From NCBI GenBank assembly GCA_030704615.1, contig CM060734.1:48856001-48920000 (forward strand): DNA of 64,000 bases. The letters are read 5' to 3'. The translations under genes and the position numbers were made by a program. The notes below the pieces were generated by a model that was given only the letters and a program-made list of their open reading frames with translations, searched no databases and was not told the DNA's origin. The DNA comes from Takakia lepidozioides (Eukaryota > Plantae > Bryophyta). Of the stretch, positions 49,634-63,295 are shown piece after piece. Each line of letters starts with the position of its first letter. Positions within the stretch are counted from its first letter, which is position 1.

Positions 49634-52600
49634 TATCGCGCACCTCACTTCGGTAAGCTCCCCTTCAAGTCATAGTTACTCGCTTTGATGCGCGCGCCTA
49701 ACTCCCAACCTGGCCGCCGGGCCAACTTGGAGCTTCGGCTGCTCACCGGGGCATAACGGTCCCCCTTCGTTCTCTCAATGAACCCTCCACCGATTTGGAA
49801 CCAGCGGGAATTCCCTTTGGTAGTTGGCAGTCCGGAACAGCTCCCCACTCTTTGGTCGCTTTCCGGCTCGCTCGCTTACTCACTAGTTTTTGGTCACCAA
49901 CGGGCTTGCACCGTTCTCGGGGTTACTACTCCCTATATATACTTCTGTAGCTGTCCGCGGGGGTTTCACAACCAGCCATGCCATTTTATGGCGAACCACC
50001 ACGAAAACCCTCGACTCCCAGTGATGAGTCGCGGTGAGTCTTGGCCCACTCACCACGGCCCTTATGGACCGTGATGAGTCCCAAGACTCCCCACGACTCC
50101 CACCACGAGGTCTCCGCCCCCATGGTGAGTCCTATGCCACCCCCACTAAGTCCCGCTAAGCTACCACCACCCCTTGTGGAGCCACCCCCACCGCAACCCG
50201 GTGTGCGGGGCTCCACCTAGTGAGCGCCTCCGCCTCCTTGAGTGCCTTGGGCACTCAAGGGTGCTTCAGCCCCCCGTACCTATCGCTGTCACTGCCCCCA
50301 CCACAAGGGCAGCCCCTCATGTGTCCCGACCCCCTGCCCTCAAGGCAAAGGGCCGCGACACACACCCCTACCAACAGGGAGTCGATGTCCTCATCGACTT
50401 GTCCATTTTGTAGAAACGAACATCCAAGTTGTGGCGTTCCACATCAAGGAGTTTGTTTCCGTACCATGGCGTCCCATGGCAAAGAACCAAACCCCACACT
50501 TGACTCTACTCTCCACTAGCTAGTTCGGCCGACTTCCTCCAAGTCCCGGCTAGGGGTGGAGTCTCTCAAGCTCCTCCCAGTGCACTCTTCTTGGCCTACT
50601 TCCAGGCCAAGGAACGATCCTCCCCGAGGATCGAATCGCCTTACTGCAAAAACATTGCTTGCGATCGCTCATGATGCCGCTTTTGGCATCACCTTGAGCA
50701 AGGGTTCACCTGGAACCCTCTTTGACTAGGAAGATAACCTTGAACCAACCGTGCGCCCCAATCACTACAATTGGGTCCGCCTTGGAATGCTGGCCTGAGG
50801 TACGGGAACACGCCGAAGCCGCACTACGATTTCGTCCCGAGGCTACACGATTATAGTACGTGAACGAAAGCACGTAGCTTCCGCGTTAGCCCGCACTACA
50901 AGGCAACCCCCTCGGTAGCGCAGTTATAGTATGCGCACGCGCCAGGTGCGCACTAGCACGTGAACTCCCAAAGAAGGCGCAAGTTTCCTTGTCCCTTGGA
51001 TGGGGTCACCCGATTTCGGCACTACGCAAACACACGATTAACCCAATTTACCTCTCCCACTTTTATAAGCTAGCATGCATTCTACACACTAGCCAACCAT
51101 ACCATGCATCACCATTCCAAACAAAATAGGACGCACAACATTTGGAAGCCATTTCATTTATAACACGTTTTGTACCATACAAGTTTTTGCAATCGGATTC
51201 CTAAGCTAGCTAAGTTGGGCTAAGCATGCATTTCCTCCCCCACGCTCCAAGGTTGATGTCCCCATCAACGCTTTTTCCGCTTTTGAGGTCGCCCTTCGAA
51301 AGCTGCAACCGTCTCGGATGCGTTTCCCATTTCTGAGGCACGCACCCAAGATGCCTCCACATGATGATAGCCCTTCCATTTGATGAGATACTCTGTTTCT
51401 CGGTTCTTGAACCTCCTCGACTTAAGTATTGCCTCCACCTCGTACTCAGGTTCATTTTCATGATCCAACAGCATAGGTGGCGGACGCAACACTTGATGCC
51501 GATTCGGACGCGCTTCATCTTTGAAGTAAGGCTTCAAAAGGGAGACATGGAATACTGGGTGCACCTTGCTGTTTGCCGGCAGCTCCAATTCATACACATC
51601 CTCATTCATGACTTTCCGAATGCGAAAGGGTCCCGCATACGGAGGTACGAACTTCGGACTCACTTCCGGAGGTAGTCGGAAATTCTTGATGTTCAACCAG
51701 ACCTCCGTGCATGCCTCAAACTTTACTTCCCTCCGCTTCCGATTCGCCTGCCTTTCATACCGTTTCCTAGTTTTGGCAATGTTGTACTTTGCGAGCTTCA
51801 ACAAACGCTCGCGTTCTTCCAGTACCGCCGCTACTGCCGGTTCCTCAACGTCCTGGGCGGCCCAACTTGTCGGCACCAGAGGTGCTTTTCCATAGACTAA
51901 TACAAAAGGGGAAACTCCCGTTGCAGAGTGTTTTGTGTTATTATAACAGAACTCTGCCGCGTCTAAGTGTTCCACCCAGTCTGTTTGGTTTGCCGACACA
52001 TAATTCCGCAAGATCTGCTTCACTACGGAATTCACTCTTTTTGTTTGGCCGTCGGTCGTAGGTCGGAAGGCGGTGCTCATCTTCAGCCTCGTCCCCATCT
52101 TCTTCCAAAGTGCCCTCCAAAATTTACTCGTAAACTTTGGATCGCGGTCCGAGACAATATCCTTCGGGACTCCATGATGCTTTAAGACGTGGGCGAAGTA
52201 AAGTCGCCCTGTCTCCTGCACCGTTGCCGTCTCCTTGGTGGGGATGAAATGGCCCATTTTACTGAACCTATCCACCACCACCATGATTGCATCGAATCCT
52301 TTTGACAGCGGCATAGCAGTCATGAAATCCATCAAGACGCTTTCCCAAGTCCCCTCTGGAATCAGCAAGGGTTGTAACAGCCCCGCTTGCTTTTTGTACT
52401 CGCTCCGGTTTTGTTGGCATGTGGTGCATGTCTTGACATACTCCTCTGCCTCCTCCCTCAGTTTAGGCCAGAAATACTCTTTCTTCAAGAGTGCCGCAGT
52501 GCGCTTGGCTCCGCCGTGGCCCGCAAGCGGGCTATCATGGCATTATCTCAAGAGGCTATCTCTGATCCCTCCCTTTGGCACGTAGAGACGCTTTTGCTTA

Positions 52601-55427
52601 TACCGGAGCAGTCCATTTTGCAAGTGGAACTGCGATTTAAACCCCCATCCTCAAGTCCTGCATCACGGACTTCGCCAGCTCATCCTTCTGGCAAGCCTTT
52701 CGGATCTTCCTTTGGAGCGCCGTCTCGCCCTTGTACGCCAACAAGAGCTGCTGCTTTCTACTTAAAGCATCGGCCACCACGTTGTCTCGTCCCGGTTTGT
52801 ACTGGATATCCACGTCGAACACTGCCAAAGTATCTTGCCACCTAAGTTGTTTGGGGACAACTTGGGCTGCGTGGCAAAATACTTCACCGTGACATTGTCC
52901 GTGAATACCTTCACTGGGTTGGAACCAACATAGTGGCGCCAAAGCTCAAGACAGTGCACCACCGCCTTCATCTCTTTCTCGTACGCCGGCCACCGTCGCT
53001 CCACTTCATTCAGTTTCTTACTTTCGTAAGCCACTGGACGTCCATCTTACATCAGTACACCCCCAATCGCGAAGTCCGACGCATCTGTATGTATCTCGAA
53101 CAGACGATCGAACTCCGGGATTTTCAAGACTGGAGCTTCCGCCATCCGCTGCTTCAATTCAGCAAAAGCTTGGCCACACAAGATGTTCCATACCCAGACT
53201 TTGGATTTACACAGAAGGTCTGACAACGGCCCCGCGATCTTGGCGAAATTTCTCACATACTTCCGGTAATAGGAGGCGAGTCCTAGGAAGGATCGCACTC
53301 CCGGGACCGAAGTCGGAGGCTCCCAGTCCAGAATCGCCCTCACCTTTCTGTCATCCAATTTGATCCCAACCTGTGTAATCACATGCCCCAGGAACTCCAC
53401 TTTTGTGACCCCGAATTCGCACTTTGAAGCTTTGGCATACAGCTTCCCTTCTCGCAATTTTTGGAACACCCTTTTCAGGTGCTCCAGGTGCTCCTTCTTT
53501 GTTTTCGAGTACACCAAGATGTCATCGATGTACACGATTACAAAGTCATCCAACCACTCTTGGAAAAGGCTGTTCATCAGCGTGCTAAATGTTGCTGGTG
53601 CATTGGTGAGCCCAAAAGGCATTACCAAGAACTCATATGAACCATACCTTGTCCTGCACGCGGTCTTCTCCTCATCTCCTTCCACCACCCGAATTTGATG
53701 ATAGCCGGAGCGCAAGTCGATCCGGCTGAAATACTTCGCTCCTGCCAACCGATCGAAGAGGTCGTCGATCCTTGGCAAAGGGTACCGGTTTTTGATAGTC
53801 ACCTTATTCAGAGCCCTGTAATCGACACACATCCGCAGCGTCCCATCCTTCTTGTCTGCAAATAGCACCGGGGCTCCGTAAGATGACTTACTCGGCCGGA
53901 TGTACCCCTTTGACATTAGATCCTTGAGCTGAGTCTTCAGCTCAACCAACTCCCTGTGGCTCAACCAGTAGGGTGCCTTGGCAGGCGGTTCCGATCCCGA
54001 TATCACCTCAATCTTGTGGTCAACTCCTCTTCGCGGTGGCAAACCGCTTGGTAAATCCTCCGGCATCACATCCTGGTATTTCTCCAAAATCCCCTTGATC
54101 CAATCTGGGCTCGGCTCCCCATCGCCTTCTCCTCACTTCTCTAATGTAGAGCAAAAACTGGGGCTCGTGTGCCTCCTCCACGGCCCACTCCCTTGCTGAC
54201 AGAAGGTTTATTCGCCCTCCCACGGGTTGGGCATTTCCGACACTCGTAAGACCTCGCCACCATTCCCACATGGCAGCGTGACTACTCTCTTGCGGCCATC
54301 TATGACCGCTCCGGATTTGCTAAAAAAGGTCATCCCCAAAATGAGATCCACTCCATCGATCTCACAGATGGTGAAGTTCTCACGTCCCTCCCAACTCCCC
54401 AGTTGAAGAGGAACATCAAACGCCAACCTTGTCGCCAATTGCGGTTCTCCTTTGGCAGAACGCACCTCAATAGAGGCCCCCACGTCACTTGTCGGGAGTC
54501 CCAGCTTTTGTGCCGTTGCCGGTGTCATGAAGGAGTGCGACGCTCCTGTGTCCACCAACAACGACACATTAGTTCCGGATATTATCCCATCCACGAACAA
54601 TAACTGACTCCCTTTTCGTAAGGCTCCAGTTCCTGATACAACTCACAAGAAAATTTGCCTACCTTGCAAGTCCTGGCGACCACCGCTTCCACCAAGCGAC
54701 TGATGGTATCTTCCGACAGCTCCGTGGTCGCCCGAGTCATGTTCAATTGTCGGGGCTTCGTGCACTTCTTGGCCATGTGCCCGGGCTCTCCGCAATTGAA
54801 ACACACTCCATCAAAGGTCGCCTTCTGTCCGCCATAAGCCGCTCCACCCGCTTTTCTTTTCGAAGCACCGGGTGCCGCCTTGACGTATGAAGGCCCTCCC
54901 TTCGATTTCCACGTGCCATTGTCGCCGCGTGGCCTATCCCACTTCTTTTCCGGTCGGAAGGAGTCACCTTCCCGCCGGGTCTTCTTGTGGTTCAGCTCCG
55001 TACGGCCTTGTCTCTCACCCCTAGGGACATCCGAGAAACATTTAGCCCTCTCAATTGCCTCGTTCAAAGTCTTGGGTGGCTTCTCCTCCAACTTCCGCCT
55101 GGCCCATGGGGCCAGTCCCGCCACAAAGTTGAAGACCATTTCTGGTTCTGCCATGTCCGCGACTTCGAGCAACAGCACATTGAAAGCCTGGACATACCCC
55201 CGAATGTCATCTGTTTGCTTCAAATTCCTCATCTTGTCCCGGGCAAGCCAGGACGCGTTGAGGGGCACAAACTGTCTCTTCATCAATTCCTTGAACCCAC
55301 TCCAATTCAAGGTTTCCGGGCTTGGGCCTCGGTCGTGAAGGCGTACCTATCGCTGCCACTGCCCCCACCATAGGGGCAGCCCCTCATGTGTCCCGACCCC
55401 CTACCCTCAAGGCAAAGGGCCGCGACA
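49634..55427 (-). mobile_element. Ty3/Gypsy chromovirus element 2 (5' LTR and leader mostly deleted)
   Basis: 5-bp TSD GAATC (49629-49633 / 55428-55432). 3' LTR at 49634-50360; only ~85 bp of the 5' LTR remain (~55343-55427). Confidence 0.93.
51265..55310 (-). pseudogene. Chromovirus gag-pol (zinc knuckle, protease, RT, RNase H, integrase, chromodomain), frameshifted
   Basis: CFNCGEPGHMAKKC, LVDTGAS, YIDDILV, TDASD, PYAGPF, EYEVEAIL...EYLIKWKGY....SW. Confidence 0.93.
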
Positions 55428-55432
55428 GAATC

Positions 55433-57706
55433 GGCTAAGTACACAATCCAAGAATGCATACGCAGCTCCCTCACTAGCCTTATCACGCAAGACCCGCAGT
55501 GGCCGGTACCTCTTGCCTACCGGTCCACTCAAACATAAAATGTCATCCTGGTTGTCTAACATGACAACTCCAGGTGTCACCATGGCGCGCTCAATGGCTG
55601 GCCTAGCTGGCAGTTCCATCAACCTGGCAGCTGCAGCTTGCCATGGCGCCGACGTGGCAGTCTTGACCCTCAAATCCGAGGATCCCTCCGGCACTACACC
55701 TCCCACTATCTCCGCAGAAGATGAAGTAACCTCGCCACTCTCATAGAGTGTAGCTGCCAGCCTGAACACCTCAGCTGGTCTTACCCCCGGCGTCGCAATC
55801 ATGGTAGCCGAGAACAATGGAGCCTGGCACACAGATGTGGCCGCTCCTAGCAGCACACTAGCTGCCGTAGCCTTGGCAACACTAGGTAGTGGTGCTACCC
55901 GTGTAGCTCTCCCCAATGGCATAGTAACCTCCGCCTCGGTAACAGTCGGGCGAGAACTAGGTGCCATGGATGGCGTCGACACTGTCTCCGCCAATGTGAA
56001 TGACTGAGGAAGCCTAGCCTGACGGCTTGCCTCCCCACGCTGTGGATCCAACTCCACCTCTGCACCTCGTGGCTCAGGAACTCGTGGTGCTCCTCGAGTC
56101 ACGGCTGCAGCAGACTCCACCTGCACTAGTGGTAGTGCTGCTCCACACATGAATCCCATGCCTCCCATATCTCCTCCCTCAGGAGCAGGAGGTGGACCAT
56201 CCGGCCTTAGAGCCGGTACCACCTGAGCTGTAGCCATGGCAGCGAGCCTCTGCTCTAGCTGCTGAAGCCGGTTGGCCATGCCTTGGTCAACACCCTGACC
56301 TCCGCGTCCTTGGCCATGTTGAGCTTGCCCTTGGCCTGCACCTCGTGGCTGGCCACCTCGTCCTCTCTGGGCTGCTCCACCTCGCCCCCGGCCACCATTG
56401 TTCCCTTGGAACTGGCCTGGGCGCAACTCATGATGCAAACCATAACACTGGGCTTCTCCATGCCCGTGCTTGCCACAATGCCCACACTTCAACTGTGCAG
56501 GCTGTGCATGTGTCGGCCTTTTGCCTCCCTCTGGGCAATCCTTCTTGACATGGGGTCCTCCACATGTCCAGCACACCACATCCGCCCGTTGTTGGCCAGC
56601 AAATGAAGGGAGAGACCCCTGCATCTGAGGTCCTCTCTGCCCTTCCCTGAGCTTCACCTGAGCCCCCTTGTTGCCTTGAGCACGTTGAGGTAGTGGTTGG
56701 CTAGGAGCACCACTACCCTGTGGTGTCTCCTTAGCAAATCCCACCATGACTGCACTCGTTCCTCCACCATGTTGAGCTCTATCCGCTCTGCCAGCAAAAA
56801 CACATTTGCTAAGGTGGGTTGGGCCGCTTGTAGGAGAGTTGCATCCCGCACCCTTCTCCTCAGCTCCTTGTCCAATATCCCGTACCAGAATTAGACTGCC
56901 TGAGCTTCCGTAACCCCTTGGGTTACATTTATCAAGCGCCTCATGCGAGTGAAAGCCTCCCTCAAGCTCTCGGTCGGCTTCCGTTGGAACTCTTGCAAGC
57001 TCCGCAACTTCTCTGTCCTCACCCCTTGGTAGTTCCCTCTCAATTCTTTGAAGAACTCCACAACAGGGTTGAAGGCAGGCACGGGTGCTAGTGCTGGTGC
57101 GGTAGTGGCTTGGGTGGACGTCGTAGCTACTGTACCACCAGTCCCACTAGTCCCACTGCTACTTGCTGAAGCTGCCGGTGCAGCGGTAGGTGTAGCCACT
57201 GCCCTCATGGCTCTAGTGCCCCTAGTGATGGAGACATAGTCGGGTGACTAGTACATCATCCACTCCTCGATCTCAACCTCATGCCCCCGCCTGAACTCAT
57301 GGTAATCATCCATAGGCGGCCCCTCAAGGTGCTGAAACAGCCCTTTCCATGCCATGAACGGCGTAAATAGTTGTGGATTGCGCATTTGCTGCAAATCACA
57401 CCAACTATCAAACTCTTGGATAAAATCATCCAACTCGATGGTGCCCACCGCCCCAGAGTACCTTCGTGGCCCCTTGGTAGCTCCATACATCTCCTCCATT
57501 GTGTCCCACAACAATGGCAAAGAAACAACTTGCACCGCCGGTATGAGTCCTCCTGATTCACAATCCGAATCATAACCTTCCGTAGAAGACACAGGAGGTG
57601 AAGGTGGCCTAAACCGCACACCTCGTCTCGTGTACCCACTAGTATCGCTAGTGCTCGAACCGGCACTGTCCCCAGCAACTAGTGACACCTCCGTGTTGAC
57701 ACCCAA
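55433..57706 (-). pseudogene. gag of a DNMT-family element fused by deletion to integrase sequence
   Basis: Homologous to the gag of copies 1 and 2. Reads ...RPLRVLR|DKASEGAAYAF, i.e. protease start joined to mid-integrase at about 55488. Confidence 0.88.
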
Positions 57707-57989
57707 CCGGTCATGAATTTGTTCCTAACCCCCTCTCCACAAGGTAACCGGGTAGAGAACCTGTTGCGGCTTATGGTTTGGAATACTAAGTTCCTAACAT
57801 AGCCTACACCTGTACTTGCATGACCATGGGAATATCATGAAGATACTTATCAAACCGCCCTCCACAAGCTTCAAAATTCGGCCTTCAAGACCACATGCCA
57901 GTCCTTAGGCAGTCCACCAGTGCCTCCACGAGTCAGCACAAGCCGTCCACAGGTCAACACGGGCCACCACAGACCAGCACAGGCCCACA

Positions 57990-58830
57990 CAGCTCACTGG
58001 TCACAGCCGTCACAGTTCCACAGGCCACTGGGCACAGCCTGTCACAGCCCCTCATCGCCCGTCACAGCTCGCCATAGCCTGTCACAGCCCGTCACAGCCC
58101 CATAAGCCACAGGGCACAGCCCGCCACAGCCTGTCACAGCCCCGCACAGCCCGTCACAACCCCACAGGCCACTGGGCACAGCCTGTCACAGCCCCGCACA
58201 GCCCGTCACAGCCCCACAGGCCACTGGGCACAGCCCGTCACAGCCCCTCACAGCCCCTCACAGCCCCCAAGGCCTCAGGCACGGCCTGACACAGCCCCTC
58301 ACAGCCCGTCACAGCCCCTCACAGCCCATCACAGCCACCGGCACAGCCCGTCACAGGCCCTCACAGCCCGTCACAGCCCCAAAGGCCTCAGGCACGGCCT
58401 ATCACAGCCCGTCACAGCCCGTCACAGCCCCTCACAGCCCCAAAGGCCTCAGGCACGGCCTGTCACAGCCCCTCACAGCCCCTCACAGCCCCAAAGGCCA
58501 CGGGCACAGCCTGTCACAGCCCCTCACAGCCCATCACAGCCCCCAAGGCCACCGGCGCAGCCCGTCACAGGCCCTCACAGCCCGTCACAGCCCCAAAGGC
58601 CTCAGGCACGGCCTGTCACAACCCCTCACAGCCCCTCACAGCCCCAAAGGCCATGGGCACAACCTGTCACAGCCCCAAAAGGCCACCGACACAGCCCCTC
58701 ACAGCCCATCACAGCCCCCAAGGCCACCGGCGCAGCCAGTCACAGGCCCTCACAGCCCGTCACAACCCCAAAGGCCACCGGCACAGGCCCTCACAGCCCC
58801 GAAGGCCACAGGGACAGCCCGTCACAGCCC
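57990..58830. repeat. Minisatellite of ~10-bp tcacagccc(c/g) units with higher-order structure in the element leader
   Basis: Dozens of cacagccc cores seen directly. Confidence 0.95.
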
Positions 58831-60365
58831 CATCCATGGCCGCTCTGGCAGTTTAGCCATTTCTCCAAGGGGTTTAGCCACGCCAAGCTAGGGTTTGTGT
58901 CTCTTGGACTCTAGGCTTCTTTCCACCGAGCTATGGCGGCTGTGAGGAAATCAGCAAGGTATTCTTGCTCTTTCGGCTCCCACACACCACCATAGTAGCC
59001 CTAAGCCATGAGGTGGTTGCCACAAACCAAGCCTTCTTTCTCACTTAGCCTCCCCAAACACGCCACTAAACTCAATGGCAAACAACCAAGCCCTGCTGGT
59101 TCCCAGCCCTTATGAGCACTCATTCAAGCACTCTCCTTGGCCATAGCATCTGTCTTAGAGCCTATTCCAGCCCCCTACACCTGCTGCTTCAAGAGTTGCG
59201 CTCCCTTCAAGCTTGAAGTTGAAACCCAATTCACATAGGCCCTACAAGTGCTTTTCTTTCACTCCAAGTGGAAACCAGCCCTAGACCTTCCGTTCTAGCT
59301 CTCTAAAGCTTGAAAACAAGAGCCTCAATGGGCTGAAGGCATGCTCCACACATGCCCCACTCTCACCATAAGAGAATCAGCTCCTTTGCTTCATTTCTTG
59401 CACCCACAAACCTGAAAATACAAGCTTCAGCAGGCTGAAAGCATGCTCCACACGCCCTACAAGGAAACCAGCCCCTTCCTTCCTTTCTTGCACTCCCACA
59501 CCTGAAAGTGCAAGCCTTCACCAGGCTGATAGCATGCTCCACACATGCATTGCCCTCACATAAGGGAAGTCAGCCCTTCCCTCTTCCTTGCTTGCCCTCC
59601 AAGCTTGAAGATGGAAGCTTCAATGAGCTGAATACATGCTCCACACATGCAACCTCTTCACACATGAGATATCAGCCCCCTATCTTGGCTCCTTAGCTCC
59701 TTGATGCTCTCTAAGACAAGACTAAGCACTCCACAACCTTTGCCAAGCTCCTGAAACCCTAAGGCTTACATTTCCAGCCACAAGACACTTCTCTTGTGGT
59801 GCAAGAGCTCTTCTTCCAAGCTCTGAAACCCTAGGTGCACATTCCATGGCCTTGCCGCACCTCTTAGCTCCTGTTCCAGCCCTGCTCTTGCCATGACAAG
59901 AGCCCTCTCAATGCTGAAGCTCGAGATTGAAACCCAATCTCACCATACTCCACAAAGTGCACTGATTTGCCCCAAGCCAAATCAGCCCTTTCGCTTGGTC
60001 TTGCAATCCTTCACACAATGAAAGCTCGCATTCCCAAGTCCAGTTCTCAGCTTTGCCACCAAAGCCACTATAACCTACTCTTGACTGGTCCTCTTCCCAA
60101 TCGTGCTTGCTCATGCATGTACACAATCTGAAACCATCAAGGTGCTCTGGAATTACCTGCAGCATGGTGCTTTCATCTCTGAAGCTGAAGATCGAATGCC
60201 AAGGTCTACCACCTCGTAACCCATATCGCCTCCGCTTCTAACAACCAAGAGCTCCACGGTGCTCCTTGCATAACAACTTGGTTTCTCTCATTCTCAAGCA
60301 AAAACCACAAGTGCTACAACTAACTCGTATCTGGCACTCACAGATACGAGCTCATCTTTCTCGAG

Positions 60366-60682
60366 TGATAAAGAAGAAGAATACAAGCACAACCTCACAA
60401 ATCTGAAGCATAAACTCATGCATATATAACCTCATCACTCAAATACAAGTCAAGCCAAGTGCACCCCACGCCATGGGGAATCCACATTACGGCGCCATAG
60501 CTAGGCGCGGTGAGGCTCAACTCGAGAAAGATGAGCCTCCCGCGTTTGCCGTGAAGATCACCACTCCAGGGCCTAAATCTGCCTTGACCCCTGGATTGAC
60601 ACTTGGGCCAATCCCAAATGTCAATATGTAAAAGCTAGCTATTTCCTAGCTAGTTTCACACTAGTGGTAAAATAACTTGACA
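60366..60682 (-). repeat. Orphan A-type 5' repeat of another subfamily, with its own self-complementary PBS
   Basis: TGTCAAG...TTATCA on the minus strand; 60350-60365 is complementary to 60521-60536. Confidence 0.8.
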
Positions 60683-61002
60683 GTGTCAATGATTCCACTT
60701 TGCTGAATTACTTTGATATGCTCTACTATCGCAAGTTCACCAATATTTCTTAATTTGTCCACTATTGGAATTGAGACCAGTCACTCTTCATGGATCCACT
60801 TTGATAAAGTAAACCCAAACATTTCCCCATTTTTGGGCTTTTATGTATTTATTTTATTTTATTTTATTTTTGTCTCTTATCGTATTTGGTGAAATTCCCA
60901 TGTCTAAACAAGGCATGGGATTAAGATGTCGTTGACGACATCTTAATTCGTGCTTCCCTGAGCAGGATTACAGCTCCTCCCTATGGTTCTCTCCAGCCAA
61001 TC

Positions 61003-61006
<4 letters not shown>

Positions 61007-61041
<35 letters not shown>
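61007..61041. repeat. (TA)n microsatellite
   Basis: Seen directly. Confidence 0.95.
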
Positions 61042-61044
<3 letters not shown>

Positions 61045-61795
61045 GATTTATCCTGTTTGGTGAAATTCTCATTTTCAAAGAGGGCAGAGGATTAAGATGT
61101 CGTTGACAACTCCAGCTTTGATGATCTCAGCATGGACCTCTTTGCCCTTTTTCAACAGCTCCTAGGCTGACACATGCGTTCAGGATGCAAGTGAATGTCA
61201 CCATGTCTGGAGTCACCCCTTTCTGTATCAATTGCTAATACAACCCTTCTTAGAACCCTGTATAGGAGCTTTCCGGATGTTTTTCCTGCGGCCATGACGG
61301 ACATTGTCAACGAAAGCTTGGCCTTCAATGCTACTGCCTGTTTGCACTTCGAACATATGATTGTGATCTGCCCACCAAGCCAAGGTGTCTGCCACCGTAC
61401 TCCCCCGCTGCATGGATGGCATGCAGCTCAATCTTTCAACCCGTTTTCTTCTGGTGGAATTCCGGCTCAGGCGGGGAGCTATTTCTGGATCCAGCGCTTA
61501 CCACCCTTCTACAATTGACAACGAGAGAAACCCTACCAGCTGCTATACCTTTGTCCAAGTAGCTATGGATCATTTACCCTGCACAGCCTTTCGACAAGAT
61601 CCTTGCGATCGAGGTCTGTCCTCAGAACCTCGCACTCGCACTAGATCGCAGCTTGCTTCCGCAGGTAGCTTGCAAGCGTGGAATCCCGTCTTCCCCTTAC
61701 AGCCATAGGTTATGGTGAACACATTCTTCTGCTGCCCCCCGAATCAACTTTCTCCAAAATACATCGCTCATGTGCAACAACAACAAAACGGAAAA

Positions 61796-61882
61796 CGCTT
61801 CTTGGACGAGATTGGTGTGGCTTATGACGAGTTGGAGAACTACGTTGTCATTAAGCATGCCGCTCTTTTCACCTCGACCATC
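61796..61882 (+). pseudogene. THI1: Captured fragment of the thiamine thiazole synthase gene
   Basis: [29 protein letters not shown] matches the conserved plant THI1/THI4 segment as recalled ([11 protein letters not shown]...[14 protein letters not shown]). Flanks are unrelated. Confidence 0.85.
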
Positions 61883-61954
61883 GACATAGTGCTAACATAA
61901 AAGAACTCTATCTAGCTTAGCACTACAAAAACTAGACAGGTCATCTCTCTCGAG

Positions 61955-62304
61955 TGAATGAAAACTAAAATCACACTGTTGACACAAGAACATGAAATAC
62001 AACACCATCACTCGTTAAACTAAGAGTCGAGCCAAGGGCACCCCAAACTATGGGGACTCCACCCCACAATATCTTATTTCTCCTTCATAAGCACACTCAG
62101 ATTCTAAGCAGTGAAGGAGTTCGGTCGTGCAGGCTCAACTCGAGAGAGATGAACCGCACGATTGACGCTCTCGTGAAGATAAGATGGTTCAGGTGTCAAG
62201 CTAAACTTGACACCTGACTTAACACTTGAACTAAATCCAAGTGTTAAATATAAATAACTAGCTTTATTCTAATTAATTTCACACTGTGTTTATTTAACTT
62301 GACA
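61955..62304 (-). repeat. 5' terminal repeat A1 of copy 3
   Basis: Similar to 48049-48399 with scattered substitutions, and related to repeat A of copy 2. Confidence 0.9.
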
Positions 62305-63269
62305 GGGCAACCACATGCAAATTTTGCCAATTTTCCACACGATGTAATAATAATAATGTTGTCTCAAACCGTTGTGTCTATCTATCGAGGAACCAGATAA
62401 GTTCACACGAAAAGGTATTTGCAGAAAACCTCGTCAAGAGTTTTCAAGAGTTTTCTATCGGACTTCTATGCAAGGCTCTCACATTACAGCCAGTGATCCA
62501 TGAGATCAACTTAAGGTCGGTAGTAGACTTATTAGTGGATCCGACATGCTGAAATTGCAGCCTTCCCAGGCATCCCACACACGGAAATTTCTGCAGGCAC
62601 TATACGGATGCGGTGCCTGGCCATGTATCGCACATAGAAAGTCCGGAGCTGCCACTGTTACGTACCAAGATGCCGATGCCTTCTCCAATCTTCAATTCTC
62701 TGGGCTGAACCGGGGTTGCAAATGAAACTCTGGACCCGTCTCTTGTTTCTGAAAGACGATGAGCTCATCCTGTCAAGTTTCTTCTTTCCTGTCCCATGGC
62801 TCTGCTGAGCGCGCAGGGAGAGGCCATACCCAAGGCCCTTCCTTCTCCTGGTGGTGAACTGGCAGTTGACCTCCAATCATGCAGCAGATTTGCGGAACTG
62901 AATTGGACAGCTAGCTTGGGAATGCCGGGCGCGGGAGCCTTGCAAGTTACAGATCTCAATCTACCCAAACGTATAGAGAAGCCCAAGAAAGGTATAGAAT
63001 AGACTTGTAACTCTTTGTGTGCTTTTTGCGTCCCTGCGTTGTGTGCGTCGGAAGCATCCAGCGGGCACGCGACCCATCCCAGCAGAAACCACACTCCTTT
63101 TGGGTGAACAATCCCAGTTGTTGTCATGCAGAAATGTAATCAACGCCCTCACCTTCTGATACACTTCTCTGCTCTCCGTTCTCTGCATTGCTGTGTGCGT
63201 TCGTGAGAGGATGGACTCATAAGACCGTTGCCGTAGCCTTGTGGCCATAGACCCTGCGCCCATTTGGGC

Positions 63270-63295
63270 GAGAGAGAGAGAGAGAGAGAGAGAGA
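63270..63295. repeat. (GA)n microsatellite
   Basis: Seen directly. Confidence 0.9.

Larger units (their letters stand above)
47963..62304 (-). mobile_element. DNMT/PHD-family Gypsy copy 3: chimeric, internally deleted, with nested chromovirus
   Basis: 4-bp TSD GGGC (47959-47962 / 62305-62308). B2 47963-48048, A2 48049-48399, B1 48402-48486, A1 61955-62304. A second, different A-type repeat lies at 60366-60682. Confidence 0.88.

Noticed and set aside
62506-63263. Minus-strand ORFs as a definite gene
   Set aside because: No recognisable domain or consistent exon chain; only the short duplicated start is noted.
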